Positions 15,367-24,113 of a stretch of DNA of 32,000 nucleotides are shown here, piece after piece. Source of the DNA: Halogeometricum borinquense DSM 11551. Its GTDB lineage: Archaea; Halobacteriota; Halobacteria; Halobacteriales; Haloferacaceae. Positions within the stretch are counted from its first letter, which is position 1, and every line of letters starts with the position of its first letter. The notes under the pieces were generated by a model that searched no databases, was not told the DNA's origin, and saw only the letters and a program-made list of their open reading frames with translations. Both the position numbers and the translations under genes were made by a program. The stretch covers positions 180,001-212,000 of the forward strand of contig NC_014731.1 of the NCBI RefSeq assembly GCF_000172995.2, read 5' to 3'.

Positions 15367-17904
15367 TCACTGGCAAGCGTCACACGTCGGGTCTTCGACA
15401 CGAGCGAGAGACGTGTCGCACGCTTCCCCGGTTTTGTCTCCGCCGGCAGCGGCATCTCTGTCACCTTCGCCGCTATCGTCGGTATCGCCGTCGGCGGCGG
15501 TGACGTTGCCGCCGTTGTCGTTGCTGTCTCGGTCTGCGGTCGCTTCGGACTCGTTTCGTCGTTGCGTCCGACCGTACTCCGCCATATCGAGCGTGGATTT
15601 CTCGATCTGCGACGCGCCGAGCGTTCGCAGGTAGTACGTCGTCTTCACGCCGAGTCGCCACGCCGTCTTGTATACGTCGTCAAGAAGCGACCCGTCCGTA
15701 CTCGGGAAGAAAACGTTGTGCGAAATCGACTGGTCGATCCACTGCCCGCGATGGGCGGTCAGACGGAGTTGATGTCGGGGATCGATCTCGAACGCGCTTC
15801 GGTACAGTTCGCGCATCTCCTCGGGAATCGCGCTGACCTCCTGAATCGATCCGTCGAAGAACTTGATCTGATCCACCATCTCGTCGTCCCACAGTCCTTC
15901 GGCCTTCAGGTCGTCTACGAGCTGTTCGTTGATGACGGTGAAGTCACCGCTCATGTTCGATTTGACGTAGAGATTCGAGTAGATGGGTTCGATGGAGGGC
16001 GTCGTCCCGTTGATGGTGGAGATGGTCGCCGTCGGCGCGATAGCCATCGTGTTCGAGTTGCGCATGCCGTGTTCTGCGATGTGGTCGCGCACTCGGTCCC
16101 AGTCCATCGTTTCCGAGCGGTCGGTCGGGATTTCGCGGCCGCGTTCGGCTTCGAGACGATCAACCGTGTCGTGCGGGAGGATGCCGCGGTCCCACTTGCT
16201 CCCCTCGAACGTTTCGTACGCGCCGCGCTCCTTCGCCAGACGCGAACTGTTGAGGATGGTGTGATAGGAGACGAACTCCTGCCAGCGGTTCGCCGCCTCG
16301 ACGGCTTCCTCGGATGCCATCGATGTCCCGACCTGCATCAGCGCATCGTGGAAGCCCATGACGCCGAGGCCGACGGGTCGGTGCCGCATGTTGGAGTACT
16401 CCGCCTCGTCGGTTGGGTAAAAGCACAGGTCAACCACGTTGTCGAGCATCCGTGTCGCCGTTTCGATTGTGTCGGCTAACGCCTCGCGGTCCAACTCGCT
16501 GTCGGCGACGTGATTCGAGAGGTTTACGCTCCCGAGGTTGCAGACGGCGTGTTCTTCGGCGCTCGTGTTGAGTGTGATTTCGGTACAGAGATTCGAGGAA
16601 TGGACGGTACCGACGTGATCCTGTGGCGACCGAACGTTGCAGGGGTCTTTGAACGTAATCCACGGGTGACCCGTCTCGAACAGACGGGTAAGCATCGTCC
16701 GCCAGAGGTCGGCGGCGTCTACCGTTTCGTACTGCCGCAGTTCGCCCGCCTCCGCTTTCTCCTCGTACTCGCGGTATAACTCCGCGAACTCCTCGCCGTA
16801 CGTCTCGTGGAGTTCGGGCACTTCGTCCGGCGAGAACAGCGTCCACGTCTCGTCGTTCTCGACGCGTTCCATGAACAGGTCCGGCACCCACGCGGCGGTG
16901 TTCATATCGTGGGTGCGACGGCGTTCGTCGCCCGTGTTGCGCCGCAAGTCAAGGAACGCCGGGAAGTCCATGTGCCACGCTTCGAGGTAACCACAGGCCG
17001 CGCCGCGGCGTTTCCCCGAGCGATTGATCGCCGCGGTCACGTCGTTGCTGATCTTCAGAAACGGAACCGTCCCGGTTGATTCGACGCCCGTACTCTCGAT
17101 GAGTGCGCCCTCTGCGCGGAGATTCGTCCAGTCGTTGCCGAGACCGCCGCTCCACTTCGACAGTTGCGCGTGGTGTTTGTACGAGTCGAAGATGTGTTCG
17201 AGGTCGTCTTCGACTGTCGTGAGATAACAGGAGGACAGTTGCGGATGGGTCGTTCCGCTATGGAACAGCGTCGGCGTCGAGGGCGTAAACAGGAGACGTG
17301 AGAGCACGTCGTAGAACTCCAGCGCCCGCGCCTGCGGGTCGTCCTCCTCGATTGCGAGGCCCATCGCAACCCGCATCCAGAACGCCTGCGGGAGTTCGAG
17401 CGGATCTCCGTCAACTTCGGTTTTGATGAAGTACCGTTGCGTCAGCGTGGACATCGCAATGTAGTCGAACTTGTCGTCGCGTTCGAGGACGAGAGCGTCT
17501 GCGAGTTCGTCGATGTCGAACCGACCGTCGAGCAGGCGTTCGTCTAGGAGGTCCTCATCGACGCCGCGTTCGAGGTTCGCCGCGAACGTCTCGCGATACG
17601 TCGTCGCGGTATCGTCGTCGGCAGTCTCACTCAACTGTTCACCGGTTACGCGTCGGAAGTAGCGCCGCCGGTGAATATCAGCAGCGACGTATTTGTACGC
17701 CGGGTCGCGTTCGATCCGCGCCGTGGTCACCCCTTCGAGTGCTTCGTACACCTCATCTATCGACGCGCCGTCGTAGAGATTACGTTCCGTTTCGGTTACG
17801 AGTCTGTCCATCACCTCGTCGGTGAGAACGTCTTCGTAGCCGGTTCGTGCTTGGTTGAGAATCGTCCGTACGTCGTTCGTCTGTGTCGTCTGTGTGCTAG
17901 CCAT
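15367..17904 (-). CDS. nrdA: Ribonucleoside-diphosphate reductase large subunit (class I R1), no ATP-cone
   Basis: NLCTEI active-site motif, PTATIS, and a C-terminal CDAC redox pair. The start is set at ATG 17904 (MASTQTT...). The track start at 17937 would overlap nrdR by 41 nt. Confidence 0.95.
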   Translation of the reverse strand: MASTQTTQTNDVRTILNQARTGYEDVLTDEVMDRLVTETERNLYDGASIDEVYEALEGVTTARIERDPAYKYVAADIHRRRYFRRVTGEQLSETADDDTATTYRETFAANLERGVDEDLLDERLLDGRFDIDELADALVLERDDKFDYIAMSTLTQRYFIKTEVDGDPLELPQAFWMRVAMGLAIEEDDPQARALEFYDVLSRLLFTPSTPTLFHSGTTHPQLSSCYLTTVEDDLEHIFDSYKHHAQLSKWSGGLGNDWTNLRAEGALIESTGVESTGTVPFLKISNDVTAAINRSGKRRGAACGYLEAWHMDFPAFLDLRRNTGDERRRTHDMNTAAWVPDLFMERVENDETWTLFSPDEVPELHETYGEEFAELYREYEEKAEAGELRQYETVDAADLWRTMLTRLFETGHPWITFKDPCNVRSPQDHVGTVHSSNLCTEITLNTSAEEHAVCNLGSVNLSNHVADSELDREALADTIETATRMLDNVVDLCFYPTDEAEYSNMRHRPVGLGVMGFHDALMQVGTSMASEEAVEAANRWQEFVSYHTILNSSRLAKERGAYETFEGSKWDRGILPHDTVDRLEAERGREIPTDRSETMDWDRVRDHIAEHGMRNSNTMAIAPTATISTINGTTPSIEPIYSNLYVKSNMSGDFTVINEQLVDDLKAEGLWDDEMVDQIKFFDGSIQEVSAIPEEMRELYRSAFEIDPRHQLRLTAHRGQWIDQSISHNVFFPSTDGSLLDDVYKTAWRLGVKTTYYLRTLGASQIEKSTLDMAEYGRTQRRNESEATADRDSNDNGGNVTAADGDTDDSGEGDRDAAAGGDKTGEACDTSLARVEDPTCDACQ

Positions 17905-18415
17905 CTGGGAAATCGTTGTCTGTGGGACCGGACCCATCGACCGTCTCGTCTAATCGGTCATCGAGAATCGTGTCGAGTTCGTCGAGGAACTCCTCGGGGT
18001 CGGAGAACGCCTTGTACACCGAGACGAACCGGATGTACGCCACAGAGTCCAGTTCTCGGAGGCGTTCGGAGGCGAGTTCCCCGACGAGACTTGACGAGAC
18101 GATGCGCGTCTCGCGTCCAGCGAGTTCACGTTCTACGTCCTCGATGAGCGATTCGACGGCATCGTCGTCTACGGGTCGTTTTTCGACGGCCCGTTCGATG
18201 CCGCCGCGGAGTTTCTCCCGGTCGAACGGTTCGATGCGTCCGTCGCGTTTTTTGACTTGGAGGGTTTCCCACTCGGGCCGCTCGTACGTCGTAAATCGGA
18301 ACGAACATCGTTTGCACTCGCGGCGGCGACGAACGGTGGTTCCGTCCTCGCCGGTTCGCGTATCGACGACGCTCGTTCGGTCGTGTCCGCAGTCGGGACA
18401 GTCCATAGTTGTCAC
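17897..18415 (-). CDS. nrdR: NrdR transcriptional repressor (zinc ribbon plus ATP-cone)
   Basis: MDCPDCGH...RRRRECKRCSFRFTTYE (CxxC...CxxC ribbon) followed by VKKRDGRIEPFDREKL (ATP-cone). The stop overlaps the nrdA start by 8 nt. Confidence 0.9.
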   Translation of the reverse strand: MTTMDCPDCGHDRTSVVDTRTGEDGTTVRRRRECKRCSFRFTTYERPEWETLQVKKRDGRIEPFDREKLRGGIERAVEKRPVDDDAVESLIEDVERELAGRETRIVSSSLVGELASERLRELDSVAYIRFVSVYKAFSDPEEFLDELDTILDDRLDETVDGSGPTDNDFPDG

Positions 18416-18467
18416 TAGTCGACCCTCGAGTAGGTTAATTCCACATGTTGTGGTGATATGCTACTGG

Positions 18468-18483
18468 CCGCAATATATCGTGT
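18468..18483. promoter_or_regulatory. Candidate NrdR box upstream of nrdR
   Basis: CCGCAATATATCGTGT matches the bacterial NrdR-box consensus acaCwAtATaTwGtgt at 13/16 positions. It lies 53-68 nt upstream of the nrdR ATG. Confidence 0.4.
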
Positions 18484-18599
18484 CTGCCGAATCGATGATA
18501 AAGCTTTCCCAATCAGATTGTACTAATTCAATTAGAATTGTTTTGTAGGCGCGAAGGGTTTCCGAACGAATTTCACTCCGGCGGCCGACCACCGAACGA

Positions 18600-19610
18600 A
18601 TGGCTGAGTCTCTCGCAGTAAATGTCGGAATTATCCTTCTCGCCACGGTCGGGATCTATATCGGAAGCGGATGGCTCGAACAGTCGAGCGATACGCTGTC
18701 GAGTTACTACGGGCTACCACTCGTCGTCCAAGGTGCTATCGTTGCCGCCGTCGGCTCTAGCTTCCCCGAACTCGCAAGCGTGGTGTTTTCCGCGCTCTCG
18801 GGGTCGTTCGGTCTCGGTGTCGGCGCAATCGTCGGTTCGGCTATCTTCAATATCCTCGTTATCCCGGCGCTGTCGGGCATCGTAACCCACGACGATATCG
18901 AGTCGAGTCGGACGCTCGTCTACAAGGAGGCGCAGTTCTACATGATTGCCGTCTCCGTCGTCGTCATCACCTTCGCGATGGCGGTTATCTACTTCCCCAA
19001 CGGCGCACCACTGACTGGACGTGTCACCCGACCGCTGGCGGTGATGCCTCTGGCGCTCTACGGGCTTTACATCTTCATCCAGTACGCTGACACGGCTGAC
19101 TACGAGGCCGAACCGGTCACAGACGTGAACGTCCTGCGACAGTGGGGCACGCTCGTCGCAGGTCTCATCGTCATCCTCGTCTCCGTCGAGCAGTTGGTTC
19201 ACGCCGTCAAGTTCGTCGGCAACGTGTACGGTGCGCCCGACTTCCTCTGGGGTATCACGGTACTTGCAGCGGCGACAAGTCTCCCCGACACGCTCGTCAG
19301 CGTCCGCGCCGCAAAGGACGGTCGCGGCGTTACTAGTCTCGCTAACGTCCTCGGGTCGAACACCTTCGATCTGCTCGTTGCCATCCCAATCGGCGTTCTC
19401 ATCGTCGGTGCGGCCCCCATCAACTTCGCTATCGCCGTGCCGACGATGGGCTTTCTCACCCTCGCAACGGTACTGCTCTTTACTGTCCTCCGAACTGATC
19501 TATCGCTCACGGATGGCGAGGCGTACGGCCTGCTCGTCGCTTACATTGGGTTCGTCCTCTGGATGATCGCGGAGACGGCTGACCTGACGAACTTCATCCC
19601 CGGCGCGTGA
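18600..19610 (+). CDS. Ca2+/cation antiporter (CaCA family, YrbG-like sodium/calcium exchanger)
   Basis: Polytopic membrane protein with the two alpha-repeat motifs GSSFPELASV and ATSLPDTLVSV. Confidence 0.85.
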   Translation: MAESLAVNVGIILLATVGIYIGSGWLEQSSDTLSSYYGLPLVVQGAIVAAVGSSFPELASVVFSALSGSFGLGVGAIVGSAIFNILVIPALSGIVTHDDIESSRTLVYKEAQFYMIAVSVVVITFAMAVIYFPNGAPLTGRVTRPLAVMPLALYGLYIFIQYADTADYEAEPVTDVNVLRQWGTLVAGLIVILVSVEQLVHAVKFVGNVYGAPDFLWGITVLAAATSLPDTLVSVRAAKDGRGVTSLANVLGSNTFDLLVAIPIGVLIVGAAPINFAIAVPTMGFLTLATVLLFTVLRTDLSLTDGEAYGLLVAYIGFVLWMIAETADLTNFIPGA

Positions 19611-19704
19611 ATGGACCAGTCGGATGTGAGTTCGACGTGGTGTCTATCTCGTTGCACAGAACAATAGTGTCCGACGAGACGAAGCGAAGTATGCGCTGGA
19701 CGAC

Positions 19705-20094
19705 TCACCGCTCTGTTTTCGGCTGAAGATAGAACGTATCAATATCACACTGGCTATGCCGAATCCGCTCTTCGGGCGAGTGATAATTCGGCTCGAGACC
19801 GGCTATCTCGACGCAGACGGTGTACTCCTCGAAGCGGTCTTCGTAGACCCCGACGTGAAACGCGCCCGAGCGGGTCATCTCGACCCGAGTGGGTGGTGAC
19901 CCGAAGCGTTCGTTCAAGAGGTATAGCTCAGCGAAGAGGACGTGGTTGTTGAGACGAAAAGAGGTTTTCTCGCCCGTGAGCGGATCAACGTCCGGATGGA
20001 CCTTCTCCCGAATCTCTGCTGGGACGTATTCGATGTATTCCACGTAGTCTTCGACCGCGTGGCGGCCCATTGGATCGATTGGACGATCTGCCAT
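19705..20094 (-). CDS. Hypothetical protein containing a single homing-endonuclease-associated (HNH-associated) repeat, with no nuclease domain
   Basis: LFAELYLLNERFGSPPTRVEMTRSGAFHVGVYEDRFEEYTVCVEIAGLEPN fits the L..L....G..PT..EM...G......Y..RF.......AGLEP repeat pattern. Confidence 0.5.
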   Translation of the reverse strand: MADRPIDPMGRHAVEDYVEYIEYVPAEIREKVHPDVDPLTGEKTSFRLNNHVLFAELYLLNERFGSPPTRVEMTRSGAFHVGVYEDRFEEYTVCVEIAGLEPNYHSPEERIRHSQCDIDTFYLQPKTER

Positions 20095-20207
20095 ACTTTC
20101 TCTACCACATCAATAGATATGACTCTTGACCGTCTCATCGAACTTCAATTTGTTGATTTATGTCATTATACCAGAAAGACCTTCTTTCACCGCTGAATCG
20201 ACCGGTC

Positions 20208-21170
20208 ATGGACAACCGTGTCTCGTCTGCACTCGAAGACGCGTTCCCGAATCGGACCGTCGATAACGTATCCTCGGCGGGCATCTCTTGGAACGCGCAG
20301 AACCGGACTGTCGCAGTCGATTTTGGCGACGGGCAGCGCGTCTTCCTGAAAGTCGCCGTCAACGGTGATCGTTCACGAATCGAGCGCGAGCGGGCTGTTA
20401 TCTCCTACGTGGGTGCGAACTGCGCTGTCTCCGTTCCGAACGTAATCGCAACCGAGACGACGGGACCGGTCCCGTATCTCGCTACTGAACCGGTTTCGGG
20501 ACAACCCCTTACGACGCTCTTGGCTGACGCGACTCGGACCGAACGGGCGGCACTGGCCCACGATGTTGGCAGCGCATTAGCGCGTGTCCACGACTGTCGG
20601 TTCGAGGAACACGGTCACGTCGTCGGCGGCGACGCTGACCACCTCGAACTCGATACGGGAACGTGGACGGACGTTCTCGTGGAGACGATTTCGGAGATGC
20701 GCGAGATGGCACCCTGCGACCGGTTCGATCAACATTTCGAGATGGTGAGCGACGCTGTCGAGAGAAATCGAGATCGATTGGACCGCGCGTCGGCGACGTT
20801 ACTCCACGGCGATCCCGCTTGCCCGAACTGCTTTCGAACCGGGGACGGTGTTGGGTTTCTCGACTGGGAACTCTCGCACGTCGGGGACCCGGTACGGGAC
20901 CGCTCCCGAACGCTGGATCAGCAGTTCGACTCGCTCCGTGAAGGCAGCCCAGAGGGCGTCGTGTCCGCCTTTTACGACGGGTACCGTTCTCAGGCTGGCG
21001 GCCTTCCGTCCGGGTTCGAAGAGCGACGACCAATCTACGAGGTAATCCGTCTTCTCAGCGTCTCGGGATACTTCGAGCGAACGGCAGACTACCGTGATGA
21101 ATCACGCTCGGACCTCGCTGCGTGGCTGGAAGCCGAGATGCGTCGCCGCCTCGACGCTATCCGCAGATGA
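20208..21170 (+). CDS. Phosphotransferase-family (APH/choline-kinase-like) protein
   Basis: LLHGDPACPNCF (HxDxxxxN catalytic loop) and FLDWELSHVGDPVRD (DxE/GDP motif). The start is set at ATG 20208. Confidence 0.8.
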   Translation: MDNRVSSALEDAFPNRTVDNVSSAGISWNAQNRTVAVDFGDGQRVFLKVAVNGDRSRIERERAVISYVGANCAVSVPNVIATETTGPVPYLATEPVSGQPLTTLLADATRTERAALAHDVGSALARVHDCRFEEHGHVVGGDADHLELDTGTWTDVLVETISEMREMAPCDRFDQHFEMVSDAVERNRDRLDRASATLLHGDPACPNCFRTGDGVGFLDWELSHVGDPVRDRSRTLDQQFDSLREGSPEGVVSAFYDGYRSQAGGLPSGFEERRPIYEVIRLLSVSGYFERTADYRDESRSDLAAWLEAEMRRRLDAIRR

Positions 21171-21206
21171 CTGCCGTGACGCACCGGGCGGTTCGAACGT
21201 CTCGAT

Positions 21207-22235
21207 TTATCGCTCGAACCGGACGACGGTTTCCTGTGCGGTCTCACGTTCGAGGACCGCGTGGGTTGGGCTGTCCGCCCACTCTTCCGGAAGCGCTACG
21301 CCCTCATAGTTCGTGAACGGCAGGTCGAACACGTCCACTTTCACCTCAGTATCCCGCAGTTCCACTGCGTGATCGTATCGAATATAGCCGTACACGTCTC
21401 TGGGTGTGCCCGGAATGTCCTTGGCGGTGCGCTCGAACGGTCGTTCCGACGCACGCTCTCGCTGTTCGATGAAGAGGTTCATCGCCGCTGTTGCGATGGG
21501 TGCGCTGAAGCTTGTCCCGCTGGCTTTCACGTAATCGTCGTTGAGGACGGTTCCCATCGACGTGTTCGACGCACGCGGCAGGCGAACGTCCTTGCCCAAC
21601 GCCACCACGTCGGGGTTTTCGACGATACCGGGATTGTAGCTACTGAACCGCGTCAACTCTTTCTCCTCGGTTATGGCACCGATGCCGTAGGCGTCGTTTG
21701 CGGTCACCGGACTGCCGCTTGTCTCGCCCGTGTTGCCTGCCGAGACAACGTCTTGTACGCCTGCGTTCATCAGTTTGGAGTGCTCGCGGTCGATTTCCGA
21801 GCTCTGTGACCGTGCTCCCCACGAGAGGTTGATGGTGTCGAGTTCGTCGGCGTGCGTTTGCGCCCACTCGTAGGCGTCGAAAATCGGTTTGCTCGTTCCT
21901 CGCCCACTCGTACCGAAGATACGGAGATCAACGATTTTCTCGATACCGGGCGACAGTTGAGCGATGAGTCCCGCGACGGCCGTGCCGTGACCCACGTCGT
22001 CCAGTGGTTCGTCGGGCGCGTCGGTGAAGTTGTGATGTTCGACCGTGATGCCGTCGAACACTTCGTGTGTCTCGTCAACACCGGAGTCCATCACGGCGAC
22101 AGTAAGGCCCCTCCCGGTGGGTGCGTCGTCCGAAACAGGATCGGGGAACCCGTGAATCTCGCGGATGTCTGTAACTGTGACCACGTCTCCGGTCTGTCCT
22201 GTCGTTATCTGTGGGTCGGTCCGGATCTCGAACAC
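21207..22235 (-). CDS. S8 subtilisin-like serine peptidase without a signal peptide
   Basis: Catalytic triad contexts AVMDSGVD (Asp), HGTAVAG (His) and GTSFSAP (Ser), plus the oxyanion Asn in SAGN. The N-terminus has no Sec/Tat signal. There is an extra C-terminal region of about 70 aa. Confidence 0.9.
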   Translation of the reverse strand: MFEIRTDPQITTGQTGDVVTVTDIREIHGFPDPVSDDAPTGRGLTVAVMDSGVDETHEVFDGITVEHHNFTDAPDEPLDDVGHGTAVAGLIAQLSPGIEKIVDLRIFGTSGRGTSKPIFDAYEWAQTHADELDTINLSWGARSQSSEIDREHSKLMNAGVQDVVSAGNTGETSGSPVTANDAYGIGAITEEKELTRFSSYNPGIVENPDVVALGKDVRLPRASNTSMGTVLNDDYVKASGTSFSAPIATAAMNLFIEQRERASERPFERTAKDIPGTPRDVYGYIRYDHAVELRDTEVKVDVFDLPFTNYEGVALPEEWADSPTHAVLERETAQETVVRFER

Positions 22236-22330
22236 AGTATGCGCATTGATGTAAGCTAGTTTAAATTAAGTGGCCGAACGAAACGGGCGAAGACCTTTGG
22301 CCTGACGAGACAGATACTCGAAGTGAAGCC

Positions 22331-22930
22331 GTGTCCTCCACGAATGAACTCCCCGACCGACGCTCGAATCTCATCTTCGGGAACCCCGTCGCCGAGACGC
22401 TTCTCGCCATGCTCTTCGTCTCCGTACTGACGTGGACCGTCTCATTCATCGGTCTCGTCGGTCTGTTCGCCCTCGCACCACCCGTCCTTGCCCCGCCGTG
22501 GACGCTCGTTACGAGCGTCTACGCCCACGTTGGACCGGGACATCTCCTCTCGAATGCCGTCATCGTCCTCCTCGCGGGAACGCTCGTCTCGATGTCAACG
22601 ACGCGACTTCGGTTTCACGCGTTTTTCGTCGGGACGGGCGCACTCGCGGGTCTTGCACACGTCTGGCTGGCCGGTCTGTTCGGCGTCCCGTCAGCGGTGC
22701 TCGGGTCCAGCGGTGCGGCGTTCGCACTCGTCGGCTACGTGTTGGCGGCCAATCCGGCGTCGAGCGCCATCCTCGACAGGCTTCGCCTCTCTTCGCGCGC
22801 TGTCATCGCTATCGTCGCCATCGTAGCACTCGTCTTGACTGTCCTCTTCAGCGCACCCGGAAGCGCATTAATTGCCCACTTCACGGGCGCAGTGATGGGA
22901 CTCATCGCTGGGCGACTGCAGTTGCTGTGA
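22331..22930 (+). CDS. Rhomboid-family intramembrane serine protease
   Basis: HVGPGHLLSN (HxxxxHxxxN), GSSGAAFALVGY (GxSG catalytic Ser), and AHFTGAVMG (catalytic His in the last TM). GTG start. Confidence 0.8.
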   Translation: MSSTNELPDRRSNLIFGNPVAETLLAMLFVSVLTWTVSFIGLVGLFALAPPVLAPPWTLVTSVYAHVGPGHLLSNAVIVLLAGTLVSMSTTRLRFHAFFVGTGALAGLAHVWLAGLFGVPSAVLGSSGAAFALVGYVLAANPASSAILDRLRLSSRAVIAIVAIVALVLTVLFSAPGSALIAHFTGAVMGLIAGRLQLL

Positions 22931-23015
22931 GTCTGAACGTTCAGCGACGCTCCAGCGACATACTCGCTGTCGGCGCGCTGTAATCTACCGTCCTTCGGTT
23001 CCGCGCCTCTGTCGC

Positions 23016-23258
23016 TCAGTTGTCTTTCTCTAACGAGTACACGCGCTTTCGCGCGTCGCGCAGGCAGACATCTTCGTGGACGATGCCCGCCGCTTCCAGT
23101 TTTCGGAGGGCGTCACGAACGGTTCGCGTCGAAAGCTGCGTCCGGTCGGTCAGTTCGCCTTGCGTCAGGTGCGACTCCTGTTTGAGGACGAAGTGGACGA
23201 ACTTCGCGCTCGGCGGAAGGTCGTTAAGTGATGTCGAGGGTTGTTGAGCGTGTGCCAT
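23016..23258 (-). CDS. Small winged-helix (MarR/TrmB-like) DNA-binding protein
   Basis: 80 aa. LTQGELTDRTQLSTRTVRDALRKLEAAGIV is a classic HTH plus wing pattern. Confidence 0.75.
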   Translation of the reverse strand: MAHAQQPSTSLNDLPPSAKFVHFVLKQESHLTQGELTDRTQLSTRTVRDALRKLEAAGIVHEDVCLRDARKRVYSLEKDN

Positions 23259-23374
23259 GGGGCTATATTAGTCGCGGTCGCCGACGCGTCTCGGGGCCAC
23301 CCCGAACCGCCTCGGACCACAGACGTGTATATAAGCTCCTTCCATATAGCCCTTCGACAGCGTCAACGTCACCC

Positions 23375-23392
23375 GGTTACACGTCTGTAACC
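23375..23392. other. Perfect palindrome GGTTACA-cgtc-TGTAACC between the flavoprotein stop and the wHTH gene
   Basis: Read directly from the sequence. It could be an operator or an RNA hairpin. The region is flanked by a 9-nt long-range inverted repeat, GGGCTATAT (23260..23268) and ATATAGCCC (23345..23353). Confidence 0.3.
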
Positions 23393-23431
23393 GAATGAAC
23401 ATCCCAACAGATTCTCCGGGCGAGGGTGTCT

Positions 23432-24010
23432 CTACTCGCCGGCCATCCCACCGAACACCGCGTCGGCGTCGGCCGGAACGTCGAAGTCGTGGTAGTTTTC
23501 GCCTTTCTCCGTCGAGAGGATGTTGAGTGCGGCGGCGGCCCCATCGCCCGCAGAGATGACCGCTTGCCACTCTTCTGCGCGGACCATCGCACCCGTCGCG
23601 TACGCGCCCTCGATGCTCGTCTCCATCGTCACATCCACGTCTACGATGTCGCCGTCGAACTCACAGCCGAGGGTGTCTGCGAGATCACGGTTTGCGCCAG
23701 TCGCCAAGACGACGTAGTCGCCGTCGTAGTCCTCGCCGTCGGCCGTTACGGTGAATCCCTCACCGGATTCAGATACGTCCGATACTTCCGCGTCCACGCG
23801 CTCGACACCGAATCCTTCCGCCTGTCGACGGAGCGTTTCGAGAAACGCGGTTCCGTCCTGCGAGCCGATTCCGGGGTAGTTGAACAGATGCGCCTTGTGC
23901 AACCACGTCTGATCTGTGTCGAAGACGGTCGTTTCCAGTCCGTTCTTCTGTGCGAACAGTGCGGCACTCAGTCCGGCGGGACCACCGCCGACGACGATGA
24001 CGTTTGCCAT
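23432..24010 (-). CDS. Minimal (192 aa) thioredoxin-reductase-like flavoprotein lacking the NADPH domain and CxxC
   Basis: VIVVGGGPAGLSAALFAQKNG, FNYPGIG, VVLATGA, then directly GAYATGAMVR...QAVISAGDGAAAA. Confidence 0.8.
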   Translation of the reverse strand: MANVIVVGGGPAGLSAALFAQKNGLETTVFDTDQTWLHKAHLFNYPGIGSQDGTAFLETLRRQAEGFGVERVDAEVSDVSESGEGFTVTADGEDYDGDYVVLATGANRDLADTLGCEFDGDIVDVDVTMETSIEGAYATGAMVRAEEWQAVISAGDGAAAALNILSTEKGENYHDFDVPADADAVFGGMAGE

Positions 24011-24113
24011 AGGTATCTGTTCTCACAGTATCGGGAAATGTGTTTTCGCCACTGAGTGGCTCGCCGGTATCCACGACGCTTAACAGTTCAGTTCTCTCGA
24101 ACGCACGCGACGC

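Noticed and set aside
18441-18453. The CCACATGTTGTGG palindrome as a second canonical NrdR box
   Set aside because: It is an odd-length palindrome and aligns poorly to the 16-bp consensus in any register. It is mentioned in a finding only as a nearby palindrome, not annotated as a box.
21181-21200. A tRNA T-arm-like GGTTCGAA in the kinase/subtilase gap (similar strings also at 5625, 21011 and 27781)
   Set aside because: The flanking bases cannot form a T-stem or an acceptor stem, and no cloverleaf can be drawn. I call no tRNA in the window.
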